64,000 nucleotides of DNA from a virus. Its lineage: Duplodnaviria; Caudoviricetes. Under the pieces are notes generated by a model. It made no database searches and was not told where the DNA came from. It saw only the letters and a program-made list of their open reading frames with translations. The position numbers were made by a program, and so were the translations under genes. Below are positions 1-11,889 of this stretch, piece after piece (the stretch's first letter is position 1; every line of letters starts with the position of its first letter). Location: the IMG/VR virus record IMGVR_UViG_3300021400_000154, positions 32,001 through 96,000 of that record; one strand, written 5' to 3'.

Positions 1-93
1 ATCCGCAACCTCGAAAATGAACGTATTGGAAAGAAACGCAAAAAATGCGTCTCTTTTTCGCATTATATTTTCATAACAATCAGAGGTGATCTC

Positions 94-993
94 ATGCCAG
101 AACCCATTGAATCCAAGTCAAAGAAATCAAGTGTGCCGACCAAAACAAAAACCTGCCAGAGGTGTGGCAAGAATCACCCATTGACAGATTACTACTCAAA
201 CAAAGACTGGACAGAGCAAGGCGGCAGGGACGCATGGTGCAAAGACTGCTTCTCCCGCTGCACAACAAAGGACGAAATCCGCGAGTACTTCTGGTACAAC
301 AATCGTGAGTTCAGCGAAAAGATGTGGCAGAATGCGAGCGCCAAAGCCGAGGCGGCGGCGAGCAACAATGCGACATTCCTGAAACTGCGGGACGACCAGA
401 AGATCAAGGTTCTGGAGAAGATGACATGTCAGCAGCTGCCATCTCTTCTGGTCCAGTACTACAGCTTTGTCGACAACACGATGGGCGGCAAGCTTCACTC
501 CTACGAGGAAGCGAAAGCCGAGGGCTACATCGTGGAGGAAGCGATCGACGACGATGTAAAGTACCACTCCTCGAAGTTCAACGGCGACTTCAAGAAAAAG
601 GAGCTGGAATACCTTGAGGACTACTACTCCGGTCTGGAGCAGGACTTCGACCTGACAGACGTGAACCTGAGAGACATTGCGAAGAAGCTAGCGAAAGCCT
701 CGCTTCAGTACGATAAGGTTCAGGCAGACTTCGCCAATGGCAGATGCGACATCAGCGTGGTGAAGGATGCGATGGCGCAGTTCGACATGCTCTCCAAGTC
801 CGGCAACTTCGCTGCATGCAAAAGGCGACCGGGAGACACCAGCGGCTTAAGCTCGTGGTCCGAGATCGCCTTAAGGCTGGAAGAGTCTGGTCACCCATGC
901 ACTCGCAAGATCGAGTGGGAGGAAGACGATGTCGACAAGACGATTAACGACTTCCGATACATTGTGGAGTCTTTGTCTCTGGATTCCTTGTAA
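94..993 (+). CDS. Zn-ribbon protein upstream of terminase (small terminase subunit candidate)
   Basis: 299-aa ORF with GAGGTG RBS and CxxC...CxxC near the N-terminus; lies just upstream of the large terminase; ends in TAA. Confidence 0.5.
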   Translation: MPEPIESKSKKSSVPTKTKTCQRCGKNHPLTDYYSNKDWTEQGGRDAWCKDCFSRCTTKDEIREYFWYNNREFSEKMWQNASAKAEAAASNNATFLKLRDDQKIKVLEKMTCQQLPSLLVQYYSFVDNTMGGKLHSYEEAKAEGYIVEEAIDDDVKYHSSKFNGDFKKKELEYLEDYYSGLEQDFDLTDVNLRDIAKKLAKASLQYDKVQADFANGRCDISVVKDAMAQFDMLSKSGNFAACKRRPGDTSGLSSWSEIALRLEESGHPCTRKIEWEEDDVDKTINDFRYIVESLSLDSL

Positions 994-1042
994 GATCTTT
1001 TCTATGAACAAAATCGCGCTGCGATAACAAGCAGCGCTTTGA

Positions 1043-1113
1043 CGCGCTGTGGTGCAAAGGCAGCATGTTAGGGTCATAACCTAGAGCTTCGGGTTCGAGT
1101 CCCGACGGCGCAA
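1043..1113 (+). tRNA. tRNA-Met(CAU), initiator-like
   Basis: Cloverleaf CGCGCTG...CGGCGCA-A with a C1:A72 mismatch, anticodon arm TTAGG-GTCATAA-CCTAG, T-loop GTTCGAGTC; CCA not encoded. Confidence 0.8.
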
Positions 1114-1137
1114 CTTCTTATTTAGCGAGGTGTTATC

Positions 1138-2784
1138 ATGTAGAAAGCAAAGCTTGGTGTAATCACAAACTGGGATGTAATGGAAGAGCAAATCATTTTC
1201 TACAGGACGCACCTTGATGTCTTCATTGAAGATGCTTTTCCACCGATTAAACTCAGCAGGGACCAGCATGTGATCGCAAGACAGATTGGCAACTGCAGAG
1301 ACTCAGATGTTGTACAGAACCGTGGTGCTGGTAAGACATGGCTGATCGCACTCTGCTGCCATGCATTGTGTGTCCTGTACCCGCAGACATTTGTCGCGGT
1401 GTGTTCCAAGACAGCGAAACAGGCGAAGCTGGTTCTGGAAAAGCTGAAGTTCCTTGCTGAGCGCAACCCGAACATCGCGAACGAGCTCACGTCGAACAAC
1501 GCCAGGAGTCTTGTGCAGATCTCGACAGACAAGGGCAGAGCCGTATACAAGAACGGATCCAAGTTTGAATCCTTTGCGATGGAGAGTGCCCGTGGCCAGC
1601 GCGCAAAGATTATTGTGGTTGACGAGGCGCGGGACGTGGACCCTGAGATTGTGGATGCCGTTGTTTCTCCTTTAAAGAACTACCGTCGGGAGATCTCGTT
1701 CGAGAACAAGTTCCCGGATTTTGCTTCAAAGACGATTCGCATCACATCCGCATGCGAGAAAGCCCTCCCATATTATCAGGAGTTTGTGAAGACCCTGAAG
1801 AACATGGCCGCAGGGGATCAGCAGAGCTTTGCTTGCGCCTTGGATTGGAGGGCTGCTGTGGAGAACGGTGTCAACCAGGAGGAGTACTTCATCCACGAGC
1901 GCGAGAACAAACCCGATGTTGTCTTCGCCATGGAGTACGAGTCAAAGTTCGTAGGCTCCACCAATAACTCAGCCTTCCCGTATGATCTGACGCAGAAATG
2001 CCGGACGCTTCAGAAGGTTGAGCTGGAACAGCCGAAGAACTCCAAAAGCCGATATGTGATATCCCTGGACATCGCGACCAGCGATGCGGACACGGCTGAC
2101 AACTCCATTCTGAGTGTATTGAAGTTCATGGAGAAGTCAGACGGCACGTTCAACAGAAAGCTGGTCTACATGCGATCCTTCCATGGAGAATCGCTGGACG
2201 TGCTGGCAGAGGAAGTTCGTAAGCTGTATCACCTGCACTTCCCGAACGCGGAAAAGATCATATACGACGCCAGAGGTCTGGGTGACAGCCTGGACAGGTT
2301 CTTCGACAAGGAATGGGTGGACTATGCCAGCGAGAAGGAATACCCACCGCTGGTGGTTGATGACGAGCCGAACATGAATGCGGCTGCTCAGCCGATGCTG
2401 CATCCATTCCGGGCGATCCAGGCGCTGAACCAGCGGTTATACACAAACATGCGTGTGGCGCTGGAGAAACAAAGGATTGAACTTCCGATCCCCAGCAGGC
2501 TGCTTCAGTCGAAGGAGCTTGAGCGGGACGAGAAGCAAAAGATGTCCATGTATGAAAAGGCCATATATGCAGAGGCTGACGCCCTGCAGTTTGAGATGGG
2601 CAACATTGTCGCAAAGGTGTCTGCCAGCGGCAATGTATTGTACGATACTACAAACATTCGCCTGCACAAGGACCGGTACTCATCCCTGGCGATGGCGAAT
2701 GACTACATCAGCGAACTGGAGAAGGTCAACATCAAGCGTTTCAATCGTGGTGCGCAGTGTGTAGGCCTTGCCAGTGCGTTTTAA
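1138..2784 (+). CDS. terL: terminase large subunit (TAG as codon 2)
   Basis: Walker A NRGAGKT, Walker B IIVVDE, RNase H-like SLDIA...KDRYSS. The GAGGTG RBS precedes ATG 1138, followed by TAG 1141 in frame with ORF 1180 (M*KAKLGVITNWDVMEEQ). Confidence 0.9.
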
Positions 2785-2835
2785 ACATGTGATTAATAAT
2801 CAGGGTACCTTAGTTTCGAAGAGGAGGTGAGGAGC

Positions 2836-3054
2836 ATGGCGCACGCTCTTGTGAGAAAAGACGACGAACCTATCAGCCCGAGTATATGCGAATGGCTGGT
2901 CGACGACGAAAACGATGTGTCGGAGCTCCCCACCATTATTTCAAAAGGCGCGCATGGGGAACCGACGTGTTACCCTGGCTCTGTCGCGTATGTGGCGGAC
3001 CTGTAGAAGATCTGGATGCTTGGCGTTGACAGCGTCTGGCACCAGACCGTATAA
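2836..3054 (+). CDS. small virion-associated hypothetical protein (1 in-frame TAG)
   Basis: GGAGGTGAGGAG RBS; MAHALVRK...PGSVAYVADL*KIWMLGVDSVWHQTV-TAA, TAG at 3004. Confidence 0.7.
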
Positions 3055-3068
3055 AGGGGTTGGTGCGT

Positions 3069-3323
3069 ATGGATGTCGTGACGTATGCAGCAGCAGTCGG
3101 GAAAGCGAAAAGCCTGATCGACGAACACATTCACGATCTCCCCATAGCGTCCAAGAGCAAGCTTGGGGCCGTCATGATTGGGGACAGTCTGGACATCTCC
3201 GGTACAGGCAAACTGTCAGTCCTGACAGCCAGCGACGCCGAAAGCGACAACACGCTTCCGATCACATCGGCAGCGGTTTATACGGAGATCGGAAACATTA
3301 ACGCACTGTTGGCAACGATATAA
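3069..3323 (+). CDS. hypothetical virion protein
   Basis: ORF MDVVTYAAAV...EIGNINALLATI within the late operon. Confidence 0.6.
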   Translation: MDVVTYAAAVGKAKSLIDEHIHDLPIASKSKLGAVMIGDSLDISGTGKLSVLTASDAESDNTLPITSAAVYTEIGNINALLATI

Positions 3324-3365
3324 TGCTGGTGCTTATGCACAGCGATTACGAGAGGTGATGGAAGC

Positions 3366-5183
3366 ATGAGCACCGCAACAGAGATTGCGCGACTTCAAAC
3401 GGCGCGCAATACCATCCGCAACAAAATGATCGAGATTGGCGTAGGCCAATAGACAGACCATCTGGACGATCTTGCTCAAGAGATCGATAACATACAGAAC
3501 AGGGGATCTGTCAACGCAACGGTTCGCGAAGGCGAATCCTACACGATCCCTGCGGGATACCACAGTGGTTCCGGTACGGTTACCGGTATTGCAGGTGGTG
3601 GCAACTATTCGCTGCAGGCGAAGTCTGCCACACCCACAAAGCAGCAGCAGAGCGTCACGCCAGACAACGGATACTATGGCCTGTCCAGCGTGACCGTTGC
3701 TCCGATCCCTGCTGCGTACCAGGACGTTACTTCTGTGACGGCAACAGCGGCTGACGTTCTGGCGAACAAAGTGATTGTGACGTCAACAGGCGCTGTTACG
3801 GCAGGCACCATGGCGAACAACGGCGCAATCACGAGAACGCTGGACACTACAACGACCAGCACAACGATTCCTGCCGGATACCATAATGGATCCGGTACGG
3901 TCAGTATCACAACGGAAACCAAGACTGCCACGCCGACCGAGGAAACACAGGTTGTGGCTCCTACGCCGGGGAGTGTGCTGTCGTCAGTAACGGTTAATCC
4001 GATTCCGGCTAACTATATTGACACGACCGATGCAACAGCTTCATCGCTGGAGATCCTGGAAGGGTATTCCGCATATGTGAACGGTGAACTGGTGGAAGGC
4101 GAGCTTCCGATTAATCCAGCGCCAGCTGTTACTTTGACTGTCAGCAATCAGGAGTATTCGCAGGAAGAAGGATACTACGAAGGTGAAGGAATCATCAATG
4201 TGGCATCTGATTCTTCATATGAACAGAACGCCGTTGTTCCGACAACATCTCAACAGCTGATCCAGGGTGAGAACAACGCTTTCCTTACGGCTGTGTTAGT
4301 TGATGCCATCCCGAGCGAATACCAGGATGTTTCCGGCGTTACCGCTACGGCTGGCGATGTACTGGATAGCGCGTCATTTGTAGACGCGAACGGTGATACA
4401 ATAACCGGTACAATTCCTGCGAATGCGGCTGTCACCGAAACGCTGGACACGTCGAACTCGACCTATACGATTGATCAGGCGTACTACAGCGAGGGCGGGA
4501 CTGTGACCGTCAACTACGAGACGATCGACGCTTCGGACCCTGTTGTTCCGACAACGGAACCGCAAATCATCACAGGAACCAATAACGCATTTCTTGATTC
4601 TGTGTGTGTTGACGCCATACCGTCAAACTTTGTAGATACGACTGACACTACGGCTACGGCTGCGAACATTCTCGAAGGCCAAACAGCCGCTATTAGCAGT
4701 GGCGTTGTGACTGGCACAATGCCAGATTGCAGTGGAACAGATGATGAGTTCCTGTTTCCAAATGATTTTGTTCTCGAAGGGCATACCATTCCTGCTCATA
4801 CCAGCTGCACTATAGCGCAAGGTTATCATGATGGTACTGGCACTGTGCAGATATTTGTTGAAACTGCTACGGCTACTCCCACAAAGCAAGCACAGACAAT
4901 TTATCCGTCCGATGCACACACTTTGTCTTACGTAACCGTCAACCCAATTCCAGACAACTACATCGACACTACGGACGCGACGGCGACAGCAGCTCAGATT
5001 CTGACAGGAGCCTCGGCATACGTGAATGGGGTGAAGGTCACCGGCGCAATGGCGAACAACGGGAGCGTGACAACCACGATTGACGGACTGACTTCTATGA
5101 GCGCAACTATACCTGCCGGGTATACGACGGGAGGTACAGTGACCCTCACGAACGATATTGAACAGGCTCTTGCCGCAATTTAA
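3366..5183 (+). CDS. repeat-containing fibre protein (head or tail fibre; 1 in-frame TAG)
   Basis: ATG 3366 after GAGGTG RBS; TAG at 3450, continuing in frame into ORF 3690. Repeats DATATAxxILxGxxAYVNG / TIPAGYHxGSGTV / TPTxxxQ. Confidence 0.75.
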
Positions 5184-5195
5184 GGCGGTGAGTCT

Positions 5196-5708
5196 ATGAG
5201 CATACAGAGTGAGATCAATAGAATCGCTGACAATGTCGCTCGTGCCAAGGTTATGATCAGCAGCAAGGGCGTAACGGTTCCAAGCGGCGCGACATCTGAC
5301 GATCTCGCTCCGCTGATCCAGCAGATCAAGTCTGTCGAGGACGACGTCCTGATCGTGCACATCACATGGAACGGAAGCTCCGGGACTTCGGATCTCTAGT
5401 ATCGGGAGATCGCATTGGCCTTCGCAGGAGACTCGGAGGCACTAAGTGAGTTCATCGCAGGGTCTTCTGTTTTGGATGGCTACGGAACGCCGAGAAAGAT
5501 CTTCGCTATCGCCCAAATCACAGGACAGACAAGCGTCTACGGAACCTCCACTTTTTCCGGGACGTTGGTGGAAATGGACACGACGAATCAGAGGGCTGTC
5601 TTCGCTTTGTCCCGTTCTCTCCTGGTCTGGGTGGATGCCAACTATAGCGCGGGCATTATTCAGACGGTGACGCAGGACAGCACAACCAACGCCCTCAATA
5701 TTTCTTAA
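5196..5708 (+). CDS. fibre-associated protein (1 in-frame TAG)
   Basis: ORFs 5196-5399 and 5415-5708 are in the same frame, joined over TAG 5397 (GTSDL*YREIALA); N-terminus MSIQSEINRI is typical of fibre-associated genes. Confidence 0.7.
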
Positions 5709-5719
5709 GGAGTGATAGC

Positions 5720-6592
5720 ATGGCACAGGACATCTCCCTGTTCGGATCAACCTATCAGTCTGTGCCGTCTGTCTCCTTACCAAAGGTCGGAGGCGGGACA
5801 GCGACGTTTACGGACGTTACCGGGACAACGGCTGTCGCTTCCGATGTGGCTCCCGGCAAGACGTTCTACCTTGCCAATGGTCAGGCCGCGACAGGCACGG
5901 CCACTGTTCAGCTTGTCCCGTATGCGATCCGCCCGGACGCAGAACTGGTGAAGACGGTGTACTGGGATCAGATGCTGGTGGCAGATCTTGGCATAACGAT
6001 CCCGGCCTACTCAACCAGCGCAAAAACTCTTAAGGCAAGCGCTGTGCTGGACACCTACGCCGGTGACAAGTCGAACTACAATTACTGGCTTGTGCTGCGG
6101 ACGCTGACGATTCCGCAGTACTCCATTGAGACCAAGGCCAAGGGCAGAGAGGAATACATGCTGACGAGCTACGTCTATGAGATGTGCGACTTGCCAGCCA
6201 ACAGTTTCCCGGCGGTCATTGACCCGACCAAGAAAGTGACGGCTGCGTCCGCCCCAGCCCCAGCCTTGGGTGTTGCCAGACACATCTACTGGTCAAGCGC
6301 CTCCGCTTTGGCTGTCAACACAGCTGTGACATACGGCCTTGGCGTGACTGTAGCTGCTCCAACATGGTCTGGGAACACGTTGAACATCAACAGCGGGTCG
6401 ATCACAATCCGTGGACATACGACCTATTTTGTCAACACATTTTATAATGCGCTGACGGATGCAAGGATTCAGGTGAAAGTGGACGTATACCGTGCGCCAA
6501 AGAATCATTTGAACGTTGACGGATGGAGTGCCCAACAGAATCTCAACCGTCTGATCGAAACCGTCAACAGCGCAACAATGAATTTATTGTAA
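5720..6592 (+). CDS. fibre-associated virion protein
   Basis: 290 aa; contains TTAVASDVAPGKTFYLANG, resembling the fibre repeat; AAGGAG RBS. Confidence 0.6.
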   Translation: MAQDISLFGSTYQSVPSVSLPKVGGGTATFTDVTGTTAVASDVAPGKTFYLANGQAATGTATVQLVPYAIRPDAELVKTVYWDQMLVADLGITIPAYSTSAKTLKASAVLDTYAGDKSNYNYWLVLRTLTIPQYSIETKAKGREEYMLTSYVYEMCDLPANSFPAVIDPTKKVTAASAPAPALGVARHIYWSSASALAVNTAVTYGLGVTVAAPTWSGNTLNINSGSITIRGHTTYFVNTFYNALTDARIQVKVDVYRAPKNHLNVDGWSAQQNLNRLIETVNSATMNLL

Positions 6593-6607
6593 CAGGAGGT
6601 GAGGCCC

Positions 6608-8266
6608 ATGGGCTTTTGGGATTTCATTGGTTCATTCAGGAGACAGCCCTCGCAGCAGGCGGAGCCTCCAGTAAAGAGAGAGAGGCCGGGAAAGGTCGCG
6701 GTCGGAGCGAAGGATGATGAGGAAAGGAAAGACATCCAGTCTTACAATAACTCAAACATCACGTTCTCCGGCGAACTTTACGGCTACGATTATGATTCGA
6801 TTCTTCGGAACAAGCAGCAGCACATATACGATCTGTATAAGCTGTAGGATTACTACACAGACGCAGATCCGCTGATTCACGGCATTGTGAAGCACGTTTA
6901 TGTGCCGTACAGCCTTGGCTCCTCCTGGACGCTTCATGGCGCTGCGGAGAAGACGATCAAGATCTATGAAGAATTCTATAAAAAGATTCGTCTCCGGGAA
7001 AAGCTCAGTTCGATTATGTTGGAATACTGGAAGTACGCGAACGTGTTTGTTTATGTGTACCACGGTGTTCCAATTACCCTGCCTCCGACAAAATGCAGGA
7101 TTGGTAACGTATCCTTCAACGGAGAGCCCGTGGTGGACTTCGACTGCCAGTCGATTTACAACGAATGGCGGCAGAAGAACTACGTCATCAAAGAGAACTG
7201 GGTGAAGGACAACGACCTGGAGACATACTTCGATGGCTTCCCGGAGGAAGTGCAGGAGGCCATCAATCGCGGAGAAATGTACGCGCAGCTGAACCCGAAG
7301 TACTGCAAGGTACTCCAGGCAGACAAGGAAACCTGGCAGCGCTATGCCATTCCGTTTATCTCCGCTTGTCTGCCAGCTCTGGCCAAGAAGGAACTCATTA
7401 ATAAGTACGAGGTAAAAATGCTGGATCTTGGCATCCATTCTTTCGTACATATCAACTATGGTGACGAGAAGAAGGGCGCCGATATGCTTCCTGAAATCAA
7501 TCAGTTAAGAGAGACCAGGAACATATTCTCCAGGGCCATGAGCAACTTCCCGCTGGCCGTCACAAACCAGCTGGCCCATGCGCATGTGGTCCAGCCAGAT
7601 CTGGATAACCTCTTCCAGTTCGACAAGTACAGAGACTGTAACAACGACATCCTGTCTGCCGGTGGCATCAGCGGTCTGCTGGTAGCCGGTCTCAGCACGG
7701 ACGGTTCAACGTTTGCTTCTGCCCAGGTGTCCATGCAGACAGCTGCGGCCAGGATCGAGTCCTGCCGGGATGAGGTCTGCGAACTGATGAATAAGATCAA
7801 TGTCTGCATCCAGGAAGAGCTGGCGAACACCCATGCCTATAACGTGAGCAAGGTTCCAGAGTTCAGCTTTATGCCGCTGGACATGGCCGGAAAGAAAGCG
7901 CTGCGCGAAGCCTGTGAGAAGCTCTGGAAGGAAGGCGTTGTCTCCACAGAGACATATATGACAGCCTTCGGATATTCCATGGAGCGCGAGACTTCCCGTC
8001 GCAAGAGCGAGGCCGGGAACGGCACCGATGAAGTGCTGGTTCCGAGGGATATTGTGAACGAGCTGAACAAGATCAAGCTCCAGCAGGAGACCTCTCCGCC
8101 TGAAGAGCCTGTTCAGCAACCTGAAGAGCCTGATCAACAGGAGACAGAAGAAACGCACATCGGCAGGCCAGAGCTTGACGACAGCGAACGGACTTCTGAC
8201 CCAGAGAACGCGATACGTTCCAAACAGCCCAAACCTTCCAACCCGGAAGGCAGTATGGGTGAGTAA
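6608..8266 (+). CDS. portal protein (1 in-frame TAG)
   Basis: ORFs 6599 and 6887 are in the same frame, joined over TAG 6845 (LYKL*DYYTDADPLIHG); ~552 aa; located upstream of protease/capsid; C-terminal GRP motif in an acidic tail. Confidence 0.8.
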
Positions 8267-8521
8267 GCAAGTTTACGGTGATCGGCTTTCCTGATTCAGG
8301 AGGGGCATTTCCTCAAACCGTATTATTCCACGAATATAGCACTGAACAGTGGCTGGTGCGTAAACTGCCACCCTTATGTCTGCCTATAACTGTGCGTGGC
8401 AGGAAAAGGCAGATTTTCTTATTTGATTAAAACGGCTACGCCGTTTTAATAGATTAGCTCGCTTCGCTTGCTTTGCCCCCTACCATTGTGAGCAGAGAGA
8501 GCAATAAAGGGGATGAGACCC

Positions 8522-9835
8522 ATGAACAGGATGAAAACCTGTTTTGCCTCTGTCATCTCCGAAATCCAGCAGTCGGATATTTATCTGACCGTCAAAGCTC
8601 GGCTGTTCGAAACACCGGGAGCTAATCTTAATGGTGTTCGAGTTACTCCTGCGTTCCTTGACGAAATTGTGGAGCACCAGGAGAAGTATGTCGGGCTCCC
8701 ACTGTGCGCGGATGTAAAAAATCTCGCGAGCGGTGATTACCAGCACCTTGGTCATCTGTATGATGCGCGCACGGGAGAGTTTCACTCTGCCCAGATTGGC
8801 TCCTTCTATCGCTATGAGAAAGAGGAGACTGCGGATGGCGCTGCGCTTATCGGTTACGCGAGGATCATGAAAAGGAACAAAGCCGTCTGTAGGGCAATTT
8901 CCGAATTGTTCGCGGATGGGAAGCTGAAGTTCTCCTTTGAGATCTCCTGCGGAAGCTACCGAGAGCTTGAGGATGGGACCATTGAGATCGACGCTTCTGA
9001 GGATAACTTCCTCGAAGGCGCTGCCGTGGTGACGTTCCCGGCTTGCGAGAGCGCTGTTGCTTTGGATCTGGTGGCCGAGTGCAACAGTATAGCGGATGGC
9101 CGCAGAGAGGGTGAACAAGAGATGACAGATGTGAACGACACCGAAGTGATGGCTGAGGCCGTCGCGGAGGAGCAGGAGAGCCAGGAGGCTCTTGCTGCGA
9201 AGGTCGTGGTGGAGGATCATGTAGCGGTTGATACCGTGAAGGTGGTCGACACCGAGACCGGAAACGTTGTGGAGGACCATAACGTGCATGAGACTCACAC
9301 GGAAACGGTTGTCCAGGATCCAGCGCCGCTTGGCGACAACAGTGTGGCCGTGGTTGAGTTTGCCCAGACCGACGATGAAGCCTGCGCTGCTTGCTCCGAT
9401 GATAAGGAGAAGAAGTGCGGCGAAGAGGATGAGCCTGAAGAGGAGACTGCCTCTGTTGAGACTGCCAAGGAAGAGTCGATTGCTTCCGAGGAGCCTACCG
9501 AAGAAGTGGCTAACGCCACGGAGGAAGTGGCCATTGCCACTGAGGAGGCTACCGCTGAAGAGACCGGGTCTACCGAGGAGACAGCAGAGGTCGGCACGGA
9601 TTCCATGTCCGAGCTTGTCGCCTCGCTGCAGGAATCCGTCAATACGCTTCGTCGGGAGCTGGCCGAACTGAGGAATCAGCTGAATGACGCGCCTGCGAAG
9701 ATGATCGCTGAAGCGGCCACTTCCGGCGCCAATAAGGCGAATCCTTTTATGGCGAACATCCAGGAAGGCGAAGACCATCCAAAGTATTCGCTGCTGGAGA
9801 GTGAAGAGCCTGTCTCTTCCTATACTCTGCTGTGA
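8522..9835 (+). CDS. prohead protease/scaffold fusion
   Basis: Globular N-terminus (NLNGV...KFSFEI...FLEGAAVVTFPACESA) plus a long E/T/A-rich acidic C-terminus and coiled coil; lies between portal and capsid. Confidence 0.7.
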   Translation: MNRMKTCFASVISEIQQSDIYLTVKARLFETPGANLNGVRVTPAFLDEIVEHQEKYVGLPLCADVKNLASGDYQHLGHLYDARTGEFHSAQIGSFYRYEKEETADGAALIGYARIMKRNKAVCRAISELFADGKLKFSFEISCGSYRELEDGTIEIDASEDNFLEGAAVVTFPACESAVALDLVAECNSIADGRREGEQEMTDVNDTEVMAEAVAEEQESQEALAAKVVVEDHVAVDTVKVVDTETGNVVEDHNVHETHTETVVQDPAPLGDNSVAVVEFAQTDDEACAACSDDKEKKCGEEDEPEEETASVETAKEESIASEEPTEEVANATEEVAIATEEATAEETGSTEETAEVGTDSMSELVASLQESVNTLRRELAELRNQLNDAPAKMIAEAATSGANKANPFMANIQEGEDHPKYSLLESEEPVSSYTLL

Positions 9836-9868
9836 CAGAGCAAATAAATTACGAGAGGAATGATAGCT

Positions 9869-10297
9869 ATGGCTGGATACATGACCGCCCTTCAGGGCTA
9901 CGTGTACGAAGGCGAGCTGGTGAACGGCGAGACCACCGCTATCGAGAACGGCATGTTTGTCGCTCCTACGATGGATAATGGCAAGCTGGTCATGAAGCTG
10001 CCCGCTGCCGACACCGATACTAAGCTGCTGTGCAAGGAAGTTACCACCATTTACGATGGCATTCCTGCCTACCGCTTTATCGTGAACGCTGTTGGCAAGA
10101 ACAACTATTTTGTCGAGAACGGTTTTGAGGTGAACAGCGCTGCTGTGTATGACACCACGCTGTACTCCACCGCTTCCGGCAAGTTTCTGCGTGCCCATCC
10201 GATTCAGGTGGGCGAAGAGTTTGTGACGGACAAGGTCAGCGGAACGCCTGTGGTTGGTACCGAGTATGGCGTTCTGGCGACTGGTCTCGTCGGTTAA
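9869..10297 (+). CDS. capsid decoration/stabilising protein
   Basis: Small beta-rich ORF (IENGMFV) directly upstream of the major capsid gene; strongly biased codon usage. Confidence 0.6.
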   Translation: MAGYMTALQGYVYEGELVNGETTAIENGMFVAPTMDNGKLVMKLPAADTDTKLLCKEVTTIYDGIPAYRFIVNAVGKNNYFVENGFEVNSAAVYDTTLYSTASGKFLRAHPIQVGEEFVTDKVSGTPVVGTEYGVLATGLVG

Positions 10298-10311
10298 GGA
10301 GGTGCAAGACA

Positions 10312-11325
10312 ATGAGTGATATTATCGTGAATCGCGACAGCAAGCTCATTAAGGTGCTTGCGTCTCAGGCTCGCGGCGAGCGGGTCGACTAGGCCAACGT
10401 GGACGAGGCCGCTTCCATCATTGCCGAGCTGTAGAAGGACCTGAATCCCCAGAATCGGCATCAGATCGCGTAGGTCATCGCGTTTACCGTGGATGAGCTG
10501 CAGAAGCGCGAGCTGGATTTCCTGAACCAGGTGGCTGACCAGAAGTCTGTCGGCTATCAGGACAAGGCCGTGTTTAACATGCGCACTGGCGGCATCAAGG
10601 CCTACATCCAGGCCAAGGGTTCCACCACCAAGCGCAGCTATGTGGCAGATCGTCAGGTGACGGTTGAGACCGATGAGATCTCCGCCCGTCCCGCCATCAA
10701 CATCGTGGACCTGCGCGCTGGCCGTGTGAACATGGCCGACCTGATCCGCGAGGCGAACCGTGAGATCACCAACAAGAAGCTGGCTCTGGTGGAGAATGTG
10801 CTGCATACTGCCATGCAGACTTACTCCAGCCCATTCTATGCTGCCGGTACCGGCATCGTGAAGGCGACCCTGGACGCTCAGCTGGCGTACTTCCGTCGGC
10901 TGGGTCCTGTCACCATCCTGGGCGACCAGGCTGCTGTTGCTCAGCTGGCTGGCCTGACCGGCATGGAGATGAACCCCGGCGCGACCGGTGGCAACCTGTT
11001 CACCGAGCGCAGCCATGGCATGATCGATGAGATGAACGACAATGGCTACATCGGCCGTTACAATGGCGCTGCAGTGGTGTCCCTGGCGAACACCTACTTC
11101 GACGGCACCACCACCCCGGTGCTGGCCACTGACTGGCTCTACATCATCCCTGGTGGCATGAGCGGTGATGCCCGCAACCTGAAGATCGTCAACGAGGGCG
11201 GCGTGAATGCGTTCGAGTCCCAGAACATCGATGATCTGGTGTACGAGGTCCGCCTTGACACCTGGTTCGGCGCTGGCTTTATCTCCGGCAACCTGCCCAC
11301 CATCGGCGCTTACAAGATCAACTGA
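10312..11325 (+). CDS. major capsid protein (3 in-frame TAGs)
   Basis: AAGGAGGTG RBS and ATG 10312; TAGs at 10390, 10432 and 10471 in frame with ORF 10489; 337 aa; high-expression codon bias; followed by a terminator. Confidence 0.85.
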
Positions 11326-11332
11326 TCTCTTG

Positions 11333-11380
11333 AAGGGCAAAAGGGGCACCCTTATGGTGCCCCTCGCCCTGATTTATTTT
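11333..11380 (+). terminator. Rho-independent terminator after the capsid gene
   Basis: AGGGGCACC-cttat-GGTGCCCCT hairpin followed by a T-rich tract. Confidence 0.65.
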
Positions 11381-11401
11381 ACAAGGAAGAAGGTATAAGG
11401 C

Positions 11402-11872
11402 ATGGATATGACACCCGCTGGATACACTGAGGCCCGTTATCGGGTTTACAACCGTTGCAAGTATGATATCGGTGTGACCGTTGCTGACGGTCGCCAGTAC
11501 AATATCAGGCCTGGCAGTTTTGCACTGATGACTGCTGCTGATATCGAGTATGTTGACAGCATTTGCCGAACAAAGAAGTTCTTCGGTTCCGGAATGCTTG
11601 TCGCTGTAGATGGAACCAACAAGGAGATTCCGCTGGATAAACTGAACATTGTAGAGGTTGATGAGAGCGAGAAGCACCTTACTGACGAGGAAATCACCGC
11701 TGCGCTCAAGAAGTCTGCAAAGGCTATGGAGGCATGGCTGAACGCCATTGACGATCCGGTTGAGCTGCATGCTATTTATACAGTCGCGTCTGAGATGGAC
11801 TTGCCGACGAGCAAGCTGAAGATTCTCAACGCGAAGATGCCAGACAAGGATTGGCTGGATCAGTTTAATTGA
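11402..11872 (+). CDS. hypothetical head-region protein
   Basis: 156-aa ORF downstream of the capsid gene. Confidence 0.6.
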   Translation: MDMTPAGYTEARYRVYNRCKYDIGVTVADGRQYNIRPGSFALMTAADIEYVDSICRTKKFFGSGMLVAVDGTNKEIPLDKLNIVEVDESEKHLTDEEITAALKKSAKAMEAWLNAIDDPVELHAIYTVASEMDLPTSKLKILNAKMPDKDWLDQFN

Positions 11873-11889
11873 TAAAGGAGGCGCTGCCC

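Noticed and set aside
8480-11349. Long - strand ORFs (610 aa and 351 aa) and similar antisense ORFs at 48037-49260 and 43532-44710
   Set aside because: Shadow frames of codon-biased + strand genes, with no RBS or recognisable motifs
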